Assembly (NCBI GenBank): GCA_035084275.1
Contig: CM068750.1
Location: 8,804,001 to 8,868,000, forward strand
Direction: 5' to 3'
Source: Hydrolagus colliei
Lineage: Eukaryota
DNA length: 64,000 bases
Under the pieces are notes generated by a model that was given only the letters and a program-made list of their open reading frames with translations, was not told where the DNA came from and did no database searches. Made by a program: the position numbers and the translations under genes. Of the stretch, positions 37,781-51,090 are shown piece after piece (position 1 is the stretch's first letter; each line of letters starts with the position of its first letter).

Positions 37781-40700
37781 ACTCAGAATTTAACATAACA
37801 TGAACCTATGCAGCACATTCTCATGAAATAATCTGATGGGACATGTTATTTTAAATAGAGAATGTATTCTGTAATGAAACATTAACATTTTCCCCTGTTT
37901 CGGATGATGACTGAATAATAAATTCAGTCAATTGCATAATTAATATATTAATAAAACAAGTTCCATAAATTCCACTGCATGTCTTTTATCAAGTCTGTTG
38001 TTGGACATTACATATCCTCCAAAATGAAATGGATCTAGATATATTCTTAATCACTGGGAGTGACGGCAAAGATACAGAGAAATCAGTACAACCCAATGCT
38101 GGCAATACATAATGTGCCCATCAGCATCTGAAAATTATTGGTTAATGGTTTGGATGAAGCCCTCCTTATCCGATCAAACATGGAACCTGGTGATCCTAAT
38201 TACATGAGACTGCTTTGTCGATTTAGAATTGTATTTATATTTGCATTGAGCAAAGCAGAAAAATATGTTTCTTGGTTTGAAATTCTTCTGTCATATTGTT
38301 TCAATTGGACCTGGCCAATACACGAACCCAATTCTAGTATTTACCGAAACTAGAGCATATCCAGCCATAAATGACTTGCTGTTTTATGCATCATATGTCC
38401 AAAAGATGTGTGAAGGATGACCCAATTCTCTAATCACTGACAGGCAATTTTTAAATAAAATGAAGTGTGCATTGGTGTAGAAAAAAATAAGTTTTTCTAA
38501 GGTTTGTTTTTAATCTAATGCAATTTTGGAAGTGGATACAACTCAGTAAGTAAAGTTTGATTGCTAGTTGGGTGCACTCTTGTGTTTCTGGTCTTGACAT
38601 TTAGAGATCAGGCGTGTGGTTTCAGCCTATCTGTATTGAGATTGAGATTGAGAAATGCTTGTTGCCAAGATAAAAGCCAAAAACAAGAAACGGTTCCCGC
38701 TAGTACTTGAAAATCTATCTGTAAAGTAACAAAGAAGAATTCCGATCACTCGCATCCCTGCAACTTGAAAATCATCTCCAGGTCTTTGACTGTCTCTGGT
38801 GATTCATTAGCCAAATGCTAAAGTTCACAATTATCAGTCATCTTGCACAGAATTACACACAGTGACTGCTTGTCCAGGTAAAACCGCCCTATATATTAAG
38901 ATTTTGACTTCCAATGAATGGCCCCTGAATCTGCAATGTAGATGACCTTTTTGCAGAATGTTATTTCATAAAATGTAAATTGTGGCACTTTAATGAGCCC
39001 TGACTAACGGATGTAGGTCAAGTGCAGAGTCTGCACAACCTCTGACTCCTATCTGTAAGTATGTTAAGCAGACAGGCTTAGTCTGTACATCATGATAGAT
39101 ATTTTTCACATTATTTGTGGCTGTGTGAATAATTAACAAGAAAATTCAGCATTGTTTCCTGTGCAACATTGGCAAGAATCATCCAAAGCTAATGATGTTT
39201 TTTCCTTAAAAAGTTATTGCAAAATGCCTTGAGTCATATGAATGATACAAAGCAGCAATGGTTTTATCTTTCATGTGCGGTGGAGGGAGAGGAATAGCTA
39301 TTTGTGTGTCATTCACCAAAGCAGACAATGAATTATTTATTCCAGTAAAACAGCCCCATTAATTAAGAGGATTACAATTTTTTTTTGCCAATTTTCTTCC
39401 ATATCAGCTGCTCCGAAGTCACAGCATGACCCAACAGCTGAATGTTACAAAGAAATGGGAGTAAAACCCCAAAAACATTTCCTGAATTCTCCAGCAGTAC
39501 TGGAGACTTTGACTTCATGGTCACAATGTTTTTATTTTGTTTTGGAACTTGGCTATGACGCACACAACTTTGAGAAAAGCTTTCAAAAAATGACCAATCC
39601 AGAAATCGAGAGATGTAGCACCAAAAATAATGTTGCCTAATATTACAGATGTAAAACAAAATGCTCACTGGAGAGTATTTGCATTGTCACAAAAGGCTGA
39701 CGCAAGGATTCAGTAAAGAATGAATAGATTTGGGATTTGCTTTCTGTAAGGTGCCGTTTAATACCCTTGTGCAATGTTTTCAAATTAATCAGAAATTGTG
39801 CTCAAAACATGAACACAGTCTGAAATATCAAGGCAATAACTCTGGTACAGTGGCCTGCAACATATTCACACAGCATTCTCCACATTTATCGAGTAAGTCA
39901 CTCACTGCTTGCATGACATCAGTGTACGAATATTTATACCACAGAGATTTGGATTTCTGGAGCACCACTGAAACAACAGCCAAACACATAGCAGGCTACA
40001 AGGTTCACATTTTCATTATTTCTGCCCACACTACAGACAAGGAAAGATTTTGGTCATTTTGTGTACGGAATTCCTCACCACAACAACCTGTAGGAATTTA
40101 CATTTTCAGTTTGTTTAATGTCCTACAATCTGCCTCTCTCATTTCTTCTAACCGCTGAATGTCTTCTGTAATCAGCCTGTAGTGGAGCTGGATGTTGGTA
40201 CCAACTCTCTACCCTATCACCGTTTTCTTCCTGGCTTTAAATCTCAGTTCAATTCTTGCACAATCAAGTGATGAAACTGATCGATTAGATTTAAAACTAG
40301 ACCATGGTTTTGCTTCCTTCCAGCTCCTGGCTGCTTTCAACTTTCATTTTCCTTTTGCTTTACCTCTGTGATCTGTAAAGTGGGGACTGGTGAATGCACA
40401 CTGGGGCTGCTGTACAACCGGTCTTTATTGATTATTGTTAGCTCTTCGGGTTTTGGCTAGCAGATGTTGGTATTCTTATTCATGAGGTTTAGAGTTAATA
40501 CTACAGTAATAAAGCTATCCTTCTTGGTTTGTTTTATAACTATACTTTTGGTGGATGCAGCTTCCATCTCACATGATTTGGTACGTAACAGACCCTTTTG
40601 GTTCACAGAGTCTGGTGTGTCAGTGGACTGTCAGTAAACCTAAGCTCAGTATAACAAGAAGCAGACTTCTGCAGCAGATGCTGAATTATAATTTATGTTC

Positions 40701-41059
40701 AGCATCTATTGGAATCGATTGGAAACCACAGAAAAGGTGAAAGCTTGCACTCCATTGTTGACGGTAAAATAGGTTTGATTACAGCTGAAAAGAACAGACG
40801 AGCAAAATATTAGAAGATCAAGCTTTAAAGGTTATGGGGAGGTGGGGGTGGGGGGAACATTTTGGGATAGGCCAAACAAGAAAATAATGCCGAAGACAAA
40901 GCAATTCTTCCAAAATTACTTGGTGTAGGGGGAGGGGAAAGAGAGGGAGAATGAGGGAAGAGAAGAATTGGAAATGAAATGTATTCCTGACGGGAAACAG
41001 AGAGATCAAGAGGTCAAAGACAACTCTTATGGTTAAACAATTCATTTTAAACGATGCAA

Positions 41060-41500
41060 AGAAGAAATGTCACGGCTGGAAATCATACGAAACAGCTGAG
41101 GACAACTTAAATGAGTGCTGGAAGAGGAAAGAGGACAATAGTAAAGTCAAAACTAGCATAAGCAATCCAAACAAATCTTTTAACTATGCAGAAAGTATCT
41201 ATTGTATTAAATACTAGGTTGTTCCTCTAAGGGTTCAACGGAGAAGACATATTATGGTGGACCAGGAAATGGCAGATGTGTTAAATGCATTCTTTATGTC
41301 AGTTTTCACAAATGAAGACTGAACAAATTCCGGATCCAGTCAAATTGGTTCAGGAATCTGTAACACATGTAGAGGTTAATAAAGCATATGTTACGGAGAA
41401 ACTCAGGGAATTAAATGTCAATGGGGCCCCTCAACGAGATGAGATACACCCTGCAATCTTAAAGGAAGTCAGGATAGAAATTGTCCATGCTCTGGCTAAT
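41060..41500 (+). mobile_element. Degenerate CR1 ORF2 internal fragment (upstream of the RT core)
   Basis: NPNKSFNY, DQEMADVLNAFFMSVFTNED and EKLRELNVNGAPQRDEIHPAILKEV correspond to CR1 motifs NPK.F..Y, A..LN.FF.SVFT and PGPDGIHP..LKE. Frameshifted. Confidence 0.85.
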
Positions 41501-42069
41501 AATTACAGGTTACTAATGTATAAGCTTCCACTATAGAGTAATTTAACTAACTTCTATGTGGAAAAAAATCACCAATTTGGTGGTCATTTCAGTTTTACTT
41601 TTCTTTCCTTCTCCCGGTATAGCTCTATGATTCTGCATAGTGAATGGGTGAGCATGTTCCTTATCTAACTAGTTGATTGATTCCTTATTCCTGTATTTTC
41701 TTCAGCCATCTTTTGGCACCCACACTCCTCCATAAGTGCTTAATGTTAGTTATAACGTGAAGACATTTTACTTAAATCTAATCACAGGAGAAGGCAGTGT
41801 CCTCCTACTGCTTCCAGCCTGTGACCCTGCGCTGGTTCACGTTTCAATATCAGCAGCTGGATTTGATTTGCCTTATCTTTTAGATTTAAGAGTGCATATT
41901 ATAGGGTAGTGAGGCCACCCTGAGAGAATTCACTGGTATGCAACCTGATGTAGCCTTATGTGCACCCTGAGGCCAGAGCATTTCAATTAAATACACACAG
42001 ACATGCACAATGATCCAGGAACATTGTTTGTTGAGAGTGACATAAAACACATTTAGGAACGCTACACGG

Positions 42070-42360
42070 AATAATAATAACAATCCTTGCATTTGATATA
42101 GCGCTTTTCACGTCTTCTAAACATCTCAAAGCACTTCACAGAATATGCCCGAAAGTGAATTGACTGTATATTTGTGGGCGAAACGTGTCCGTCAAACAGA
42201 CGTGGATTAAAATGACCAATTTATTATTGTTTTTTTCAAGGGATTATTATCATGCGTGTGGAGAAAGGAAACTTGACTAAGGCTTCACCCTGCTGGGAAT
42301 CGAACCCAGGTCTCTCGCTTGCAAGTTGAGTGCTCCAATCACTGAGCTATAGGAATCCAC
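42070..42360 (-). mobile_element. Full-length tRNA-headed Deu-SINE with internal deletion in the Deu core
   Basis: Colinear with 31281-31630; the gcagccaattgcgcacagca segment is missing near 42185. Confidence 0.92.
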
Positions 42361-43094
42361 AGCCTTAATTCTGAAAATTTGGAAGATTGATACACAAATG
42401 TTTGTCTATGTAAGAATTGTTAAACTCTTCCCATAAATTAACAACCATGTTTTGTTTCACAGTATAATTTGATTTTTAAAAACAAAATGCAGAGTACTTT
42501 GCAGCTGATCTATATTTCATTGGGTATTGTTATCAACCGAGAAGTGTAAAGCCCACTGTAATCCTGTGCATAGCTTGTAGCAACCTTTATTCAAAATAAA
42601 CTTTATATGTCAAGAAAAAAAAGATGTGGCCGCAGAGTTAATGAAAACATTCAGCTGCAAAATTTAACATTTGATAGCACTTCAGAGATGTAGAAATCCG
42701 CTTTCAAAATCAGTTCTGCATATCCGGGCGTAATATAAACACACTGATCTATCATACTACAATTGCCAAAAATAGCAATCTTTTCATTAAGTTTATGATG
42801 GGATCTGTCATAATAATGTTATAATGAAGTGTGGATGGGGGGAGTGGGGCGTGGAATGATAGACTCCTTTGTTCAAACTGCTCTCTCCGGTATTTGCAAC
42901 TCTGATTTTCATTTTGTTCCACGACAATTTTCAAAGTAGCACATAAAAATATTGGAACAAAAGAAAAATATTGGGGTGGTTTCGTCGAAAGGGTTATTGA
43001 AAGTAATTACTTTAAAGCATTTACTTGTTACAGTACTATGTTATTTCAATGAATATAATGCTCCTTTGTTAATTTTCACAACTGTTTATATATA

Positions 43095-43269
43095 ATATAG
43101 TAATAAACCATGCATTTGATATAGTGGCTTATCACATTTTCTGGACGTCTCAAAGTGTTTCACAGAATATACTATCAACCAAATTGACTGTGTATTTTGT
43201 GGGCGAAATGCAGCAGTCAATTGCATCCAGCAGTGTCCCACCAAAGTAGTTGATTGAGTGACCAATTTG
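43095..43269 (-). mobile_element. Deu-SINE 3' half
   Basis: gtgggcgaaatgcagcagtcaattgcatccagcagtgtcccac and tail motifs. Confidence 0.85.
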
Positions 43270-45064
43270 TACTGTAGTGCTATAATGATGTGTCATATAA
43301 GATGATTGATATATGTGTGTGTATATATATATATATAGGGTAGGGGGAGAGAACTGCACTCACTAGTTACTTGGACAATGCGGAACTAACAGTATTTGAT
43401 GCAAATATGGCTCCAGGGTTTGCTTAAATCGAAACATGATTTGTAGGAGCATTAAACCATTCTACGAAAACCGACCTGCAGTCTGTAACTTGCTCAATGG
43501 AATGTTATCAGAACTGCTGGAAAGGGGAAACAAAAATGGAGATTCCATATGTGCAGTGTAGGTCACAATCGACTTTTACATGTTGATGACAAATTTTATA
43601 AATACGACTCAATGAATTTACCCTCAGGAGACATCTGGTCTATGGCCTAAAGCAAAATACCGACACACTGCTCAATAAAGGCTCAACAAATTGAGAGACA
43701 ATCTCCAGTAAGGGAGCTTGGCTTATTTTAAAGATAGCCTTGGGGAAAAGTGATTTAAAACAAATTCATAATGGGTGCCTTGCCCAGTAAATCGTGAATG
43801 ATTAGCATTGAATATAAAATAGTGAAGTAATTCACAATACAGTCGGGTAGCTTCTTGAACTCAATGTTATCGCGTAAAGAGAAGGATAAGTTGGGGTCAA
43901 GTTGAAAGGAATGGGACTCATGAAACTCCATAAGGGCGGAGCATTCTTGCTTCAGACATGCTGACAAGCCTGTGTGCTGAAATGAAAATTATAGCTGCTT
44001 CATGCACAACTTGAGATTTCCTGAGTCTTGTGCATAAGACAAGTCCCTGTGGGCCTTTTAGCTTCTGTGTGATAAATTTAGAGCATGCCCAAGAGCCACA
44101 CAAAGGAATATTGGGTGATTGCTTGGCTTTGATAGCGAAACATTTTTTAAAATGGAAATGTGGTACTGTGGTGCAAGAAATGAACACATAATTTATTGTG
44201 GGCATGCTATGGTTTCAAACTAGTGTAACTAGAGCATAAAAATAAACTACTTTATACATTTGTATTTATATATTGATAAACACTAATAAAGTAAGCAATC
44301 ACAACACAACATTTAAAAATGCCAAAGACTTCCTCCATATCTATGTTGGAGAACTTGCTTTTTGGCCCCCTTGCTAAAATGGCACAATAGCAAACAGAAG
44401 AAAATTAAACAACTTGTTGCAAGCCGGATTCTTAACTTCATAGTATCGAATGTTTTGAAGGTCTACTTTTGAGTACTGTATAATAATATATTGCAGGGTT
44501 GGCTATTAAATATTAAGTGCTTTCATCTGAATTCTCAAATGGCTCTAACCTGTTGCGAAGGAACATTTGTTACAATTGGATGTGTTTTGTGTTGTCTCTG
44601 ACGCTGCATTTCTTTATATACTGGAGGAGAGCTTGGTCTTGGGGTTTCTTTTCCACTGATGCTCTGAGTAAATAGTAGAAGTCAGCTCACCAAGTCTTAA
44701 AGGCACATCTCAGACTCTCAAAGTGCCTAAAAGTAGATGGACTATCTAGCTGTGATTAGCCATTTGATTCTATGAGTATAACATATAATAACTGAAAGGA
44801 AATTTCATGTTTCCTCTTTGGAATGGTGAGGATCATTGGAACACAGTTCAAGAGCGAGTTTTATTGGTCCCAGATTCTTATCGATGTCACTATGTTCTGT
44901 AAATGTTTTTACGCATTCCTCAAGATGTTGCGTAGTTGAAAGTTGCTGGCTGTATAACTTTATTGGATTAGAAACATGTTTCAGCGAATAAATAATTTAA
45001 TGAGGACTGTGTGGCTTTCTGTAATGTCATTGCTGGTGACACTGAAGCTCACCTCTCTAAATTT

Positions 45065-45922
45065 TCAATGTCTGACCAAGTCTGCTTTATTCTTTCTCTG
45101 CAAAAGCATGCATCTCTGCCAGTATCTCAGCCCAGATAATTGAAACCCAGGTTTTTGATATCACCAGGCTTGATGTTTCCAATACTCTGCTTGGTGGCCT
45201 CCCCAGCTCCACTCACTGCAGAAGCTACACCATCCAAAACTCCGCAGCCCATTGTTGTTCTCATGCAGTGGGCTTCCTAAAGCTTCTACATCACACCAGT
45301 CTTTCCCCCATAATAAACTCTGTCAATTCACTGCATAGTATATTCTGTGAAGAGTTTTTAAGATGTCTCCAAGACACGATAAGTGCCATATCGAATGCAA
45401 GGATTATTATCATCTTCCACAGGCTGTTTATTATCCCTCAGCACATCAACTTTACATTCCTCACTTTCAAATATCTCCATGATCCCAACCTGCCTCTGAC
45501 CTCCTGTGACCCCACTGCCTGCATTCCACTATCTCCACTGTATTTCATATTCTCTGCCTGCTTCACCTCGCCGTTGGCTGCTAACTTATGAGTCACTTTC
45601 TCCCCCCCGCCCCACCCCACCCACCACCCTTTCCTGGAACTCTCTCCACAAATCCCTCCATCCCCTTTCAGCCATTCTACCCCCATACCTGGAACTTCAT
45701 CCCGGAGACCCTCCACCTTGTCTACTTGTTCCCCACCTTTAAAACCTGCCATAAGCCAACCTATCTTTTCAATTGCGCATTCAACCATTCTCTTTCTCTC
45801 TCCTTGCTTCTTCCCTCCCTTCCCGCCCCCAAACAGCAAGCTGGGGCTTCCAGTCAGACGTTAAAGGATTTGAAACTTCCTCCCCATGAAAGCAGCTATA
45901 AAAATGTAAATTATTATTGTTT
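45065..45922 (+). mobile_element. Degenerate L2 LINE 3' fragment interrupted by a SINE tail
   Basis: RLDVSNTLLGGLPSS, IQNSAA, ITPV, TFK.LH and WNSL motifs, colinear with 57700-58398. Confidence 0.85.
45305..45412 (+). mobile_element. Deu-SINE 3' fragment nested in L2
   Basis: gtcaattcactgcatagtatattctgtgaag ... atcgaatgcaaggattattat; L2 similarity resumes immediately after. Confidence 0.8.
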
Positions 45923-47984
45923 TACTCTTCTGCTGGGGGTACAATCCCAGCATCAGATACCTCGCCCAAGTGGTCATTGATCCACCTGTGGGTCTTGACA
46001 CAGGATATTAGCAAGCTGTTCAAACAGGCGGTGGCATGTGAGAGAATGGTAGCCAAGCCTGGCTGTCTGCACACAGTCTGGGAGGGCAAATAAAAGCAAC
46101 AATATGATTAAAAGCAGTCTTGCCGGTCTATCACGCCAGAGAAACGTTGGCCTGTGTCGGCTAGATGCTCGTAAATTCTTTGCATTCTTGGGGATGTGAC
46201 CTACCTCCCTGCCGGAAAATGAATCTGTCATGAATGACTGTCATTTTTTGTTTTGCACTCCCTCCCACTGATTGGATTGTTGATCATTGAGGCCCTCCAT
46301 GGTGCTGGCAGTAAGAGGCAGGATACCATATATGGATGTTACTACTGTTTCACACAGTTCTGTGCTTTCCATATTTTAAAGACTGTAATCCACGGAATTA
46401 TAATTGCACAGGTCTCAAAATTGCTCATTCTGCGAATGGCCGTCCCTCAGAATTTCCTGATTTGCCGAGTGGGGAGAATTTACAAAGATTTGCAAATTGT
46501 CACTGTCTTGAACCCCTCTGGATTCCCTCAATTGGCTTTGTCAGCTGTTCCATTCATGACAAAAGTATATTTCACTTTGAATTCAGCACGGAATTCCTGA
46601 ATTAATAACTCTGTTCATCCTGGCTCGAAAGTGGAATACCAACAGCGGTCTGTGAATGCCAATGCGGATTGCGTCGTCCGTTCAGAAACTCAACGCAGTC
46701 AAGCTGAGTAGAAATTTTGAAATGGATTCAGTAGAATTGTTCAATGAAGACTGGGCCTTTTTCCATTTTGTGTGATGGGTTGTACCCAGTAAGATTGTAT
46801 GTGGCTGTCAAATGAATCCAGCACCTTGCATTGAAAGCAGTAATTTGCTGCAGTTGCCTACACTCTGCATCTCAAGTGGTAGAATTCCCTTGCCTCTTGT
46901 TCACAAAGTACTCCAAAAAGACCATTTTGGGTCAAAATCCTTGTGTCCTGGTGCCCTTCCCCCGCTCTCCTCCCCAACCAATTTGTGTGGTGACCACACA
47001 ATTACTTAAGCAATTTGAGAAAAAAACACACATGAACAACCTTATATATACGCTGGTTGTATCCAGGGTTTACATCCTGTGTGTCGTTTCATGTTTTTAA
47101 TCAGCAACATTAAGGTTTTACCAGGCAAGGCATGATCCATCAACTTAACTCTTATCGCTCATTTCAAAGAAAATAAACTGACAATAACACTTGTCCTCTG
47201 CAGTTTGGGATTGATTATTCTTCAATCAATCTGAGTTTAAAAATGGACCTCTGGAATAAGAGAGCTCACTAAATGAAATGAGGTGGCCTTGTCTTATGCA
47301 AGTCATCTCCGATTACGACAGATTCCTACTTAATTAAAGATTGGTCTATAATTTTTAACAGGATGTTCTGCAATATATTATTAGGAATTCATTTTGCTTG
47401 CACTGGTAGAAAAACAGTGCTTGTGACCTAACGCTGTTCCTCTGAACTTTTTATAGGGTGCGGAGTTGATGTTTTGAATCCATTAAAAACATAAGCTTTC
47501 TCATTTTACTCCTGTAATGGTGAGCATGTGTTTCTAATTTTTTTTAATGTTGAGAATAGTCACTTGAAAGGGTGATATATGGTTTTGAGATATTAGTTTT
47601 TCTGTCTTAATGCAGTTAGCTAAAAGTTCACAGATAGATTAATATGGACCAAGAGTGAGAGTCTGAAAGTCTCTGAGAGACACTAGCTGTAATTGATTAA
47701 AATTCCTCGTCCACTGTGAAAATGTTTACAATAAGGTCTCAGGATATAGTATCAAGACTTTTTATGATTAGTTACTAGAGATAATGCTTCAGAAGATTGT
47801 AAATAGTTGCTCTGGGGCCAAAAATGTTTGTCAAAAATAATTTCTATGAATAAGACCAGCACAAAAAACACTGCTGATTGGAATCCCAATTTGTGACCAT
47901 ACAATAACAGTGAGCGTTGTCTTGTTATCTCAGCTCTTTGTTTCATTTTAATTTTGCCCACAAATATACTGTCAATTTTCCTTC

Positions 47985-48086
47985 TCTTCTTCATCCTGCC
48001 CTGACCCCTCCCTGCTCTTGTTCCTACCCAGCTGTACAAAACCTTGGGACGTCCTCTCGACGTGAAAGGCGCTACATAAATGTACG

Positions 48087-48118
<32 letters not shown>
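47985..48118 (+). mobile_element. L2 3' UTR stub with (TTGA)n tail
   Basis: ccttgggacgtcctctcgacgtgaaaggcgctacataaatgtacg followed by (ttga)7. Confidence 0.85.
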
Positions 48119-48119
48119 T

Positions 48120-48370
48120 TCAGAAGACCATCCCTTGGATGAAATGTTGAACCAAAGTCCTGCCTGCCTCTTCTCGAAATGAGAATGGAATTTCTCTCTA
48201 TATCCTGGCCAACAATCTCACACACCCAGATTTAAAAAAAGGTAATTTACTTCATGTTTTTGGCTGTATAAACTCCACGTCCAATCACTCCACGTCACAG
48301 AAATATTCCGTGAAGTGCTTTGAGTCATTTTGGTTTGATAGGATGCCATATTCAAAGCAATCGTTATTCT
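48120..48370 (+). mobile_element. Degenerate old Deu-type SINE body
   Basis: gatgaaatgttgaaccaaagtcctgcctgcc, tcctggccaaca and gtgaagtgctttgag, comparable to 16680-16970. Confidence 0.6.
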
Positions 48371-48603
48371 TATAAATAAACACATTGTTTAATAAGAAGG
48401 ACAGCCCTACTTCAGATGTAGGGCTACTACTTCCAACTTCACCACAATTGTAATACCTTTTAGAACCATTAGCAGATGAGATATATTCAGCATGTAGCAA
48501 CACTTGAGGTGAATCAAAGATCGGTCCACCACATGGCTTTGGATCCAAGATTTGACCAATGTGCATCAGTCTCCATTCAGTAGTCAACCACAAAGTTTAT
48601 TTG

Positions 48604-49010
48604 TGTGTCAGCCTGATGCAGTGTTAGTATTCTCTCTTCTGAGTCAGAAGGCTCTTGGTTCAAGCCCCACATTAGGACTCAGAATCATATATACTAATCT
48701 GACACTCCAATGCAGTGCTGGGGATATGCAGAGATGTTAAACCAAGGTCCTGTCTGCCTGCTCAGATGGAGTTAAACATCCCATGGCACTATTCGAGAAG
48801 GGAGTTTCTCCTGGTGTCCCATAATTCCCCAAATAGAAAATTGGCCATTTACATTATAGCTATTTGTGGGACATTGCTTTGTGCAAACTGGCTGCCACAT
48901 CTCACCCACAAAATTCACAATGAATCAACTCCACAGAATTTCCTGTGAAGCATTTTGAGATGTCTTGATGATGTGATAAGACACTGTACCAAATGCAAGG
49001 ATTATTTATC
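48604..49010 (+). mobile_element. Near full-length old Deu-type SINE (SacSINE1-like)
   Basis: Colinear with 16535-16980, including atcccatggcactattcg, the Deu core and the aaatgcaaggattatt tail. Confidence 0.85.
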
Positions 49011-50739
49011 ATATTGTATATAGTACATATAATTGAAGTGTAATCTTTTCTGCGAGGCATTGCAAGTTGAGCACTGGCTTACTCTCCTGTTTGCGCATTA
49101 CAGTGCCTAAGCTACCTAATAGCATCTTGTCTGTTCATGCACACACGAGGAATGTTGTCACCATAAACATGGCGGCAATGAGGAGAAAGTCAGCTGATTT
49201 TCAATACAGCCACAGTTACATTGGCTTTTTACCACCAAAGACTCAAGTGAACATTACATAAGACATTACATATGGACTAGAACACTAGGACTTTGATCAA
49301 TGAGAATGACAATACTATTAGAAGGAAACTTCAAATATGAAGCCACAGCTGACACCTTACAACATTGTCTTTCTTAGAACTCAAGGATTTATTCCTTGTC
49401 TGCTGATTATTAATGACTACTGCAAAATCATACACGGTGACTCAAATTACCGAATGTTTGTTCAGTTAGTTCCTTCGTTACTTATGAATACGATGATATG
49501 CATTTTCTCAGTTTGTTTAATGGTCATTAATAGACAGAGTTTGCTTTTGTTCCTCAAAGGGTAACGTTCTACATGAATATTATGGATGACAAAGCCTTTT
49601 CCTTCTTTGTGCTGGGAGATTAGCCATTTCATATTTAGCTACTTCTTGCTCGAGACAGACAAGCGTGAGACAGACACTTGGTTCACTATCTCGATTGTCC
49701 CTGTTTGTGACCTGAAACCGTGACTCAGTACTGATCGATTACAGGATGTCAGTTTTACCTAGACCACAAGGTATGCTAAGGTGTAGAAATGAATATCTCC
49801 ACTGCAGTAGTCTTATCTGAACCTAGGGTTAAAAGCTCATGTAAGGACAATGGGAAGAGAGTTGATACTGGGTGTGTCAAGAGGAAAATTACCCAGCACT
49901 GATAGCTCTCGCCTTGATAAGCATATAAAAGATAATAATAAAACCTGTAGCGTTCATACGAAATGAAACGAAGCACAGGAAATCTGGCCAAACTTACATT
50001 TTTATTGGGTTAGCTTCAAACCCAACCTTGAACCAAACTTTGAACATGCATAGAAATTAATGATCAAATTAATTTAATATTGAAGCTTGTTTTCTGTTTC
50101 TGAAATGTCATTGTTTGGCAACGAAATAGAAAGTGGAATGTTACATTTCTTTGGCAAACTGCTGAAACAAACTCAGTTGACTGTTTTCCTTTCTATGACT
50201 AATTGTTTGATTGCAGCCGGAATTCTGCCTTTTGACGTGAAAGCAAATGCCACAACCGCAAAACTTATATGTTTCCCAAGTCTTCCCTCACGTCTCTGCT
50301 GTCAGACACTGAAACCAGGAGAGAATCTTTCAGTTTCCCCCGAAATCTTTAAAAGGCTACAAAAGAGACAAACAGTATCATTGTGCTGATATAGGCCGGT
50401 AATATATTAGCAGCAAGAATCCAGTGATACAGTTTCAGGGTTGCAAAGGGCCATTTCATAACCGAAACCAGCAAAAGTATTTATTGCCAAAAGAATAATG
50501 ACTGAAACTAGTTTTCGGCCAGGATGTTGGACTCATTTTTGAAAAAAAAAGCTTGTTGCTGTCACAGGTATTTTAGAAAATGAGATCAAATCATTTGAAG
50601 GTTTTTTTTTCCAAACCTTTCTTGTGATCTTGTGTTTCTAGGAGTTATTTGGAAAAGGAACACAAGAGAATCAACGCCTCTTCTTCCACTGCTTTTGTTC
50701 CCACTCCCAGGTCTGATTATCCTCATAAAATATCTTATT

Positions 50740-51090
50740 GTGGCGTTCAGTTGCATATTGGTTTAAATAATTGAACTGGTTTAACCATGTTCGATCCTGG
50801 ATAGAGCGAAAAGTTGGGCAAGTTTCCTTACTCCACACATATCTGTTTACCCAGCAATAAGTAGAAACTCTGCTGTTAGTCGATTAGCGGATCCCTTTTT
50901 TCCAGATTAAAAATCCGTTAAAAAAAATTGTTCCTTAAATCCAAAATGTTTGTGGGACACTGCTGTGCGCAATTGGCTGCTACATTTCGCCTAAATGTAC
51001 AGTCAATTCACTTTGCAATAAGTTCTGCGAAGCACTTTGAGATGTCTCGACAATATGATACTATATCAAATGCAAGGATCATTATTATAA
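50740..51090 (+). mobile_element. Deu-SINE variant with an extra internal segment of about 80 bp
   Basis: Shares ttgggcaagtttccttactccac, the Deu core and the tail with 28846 and 56620, but carries ctgtttacccagcaataagtag...gattaaaaatccg (about 50841-50920). Confidence 0.85.
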
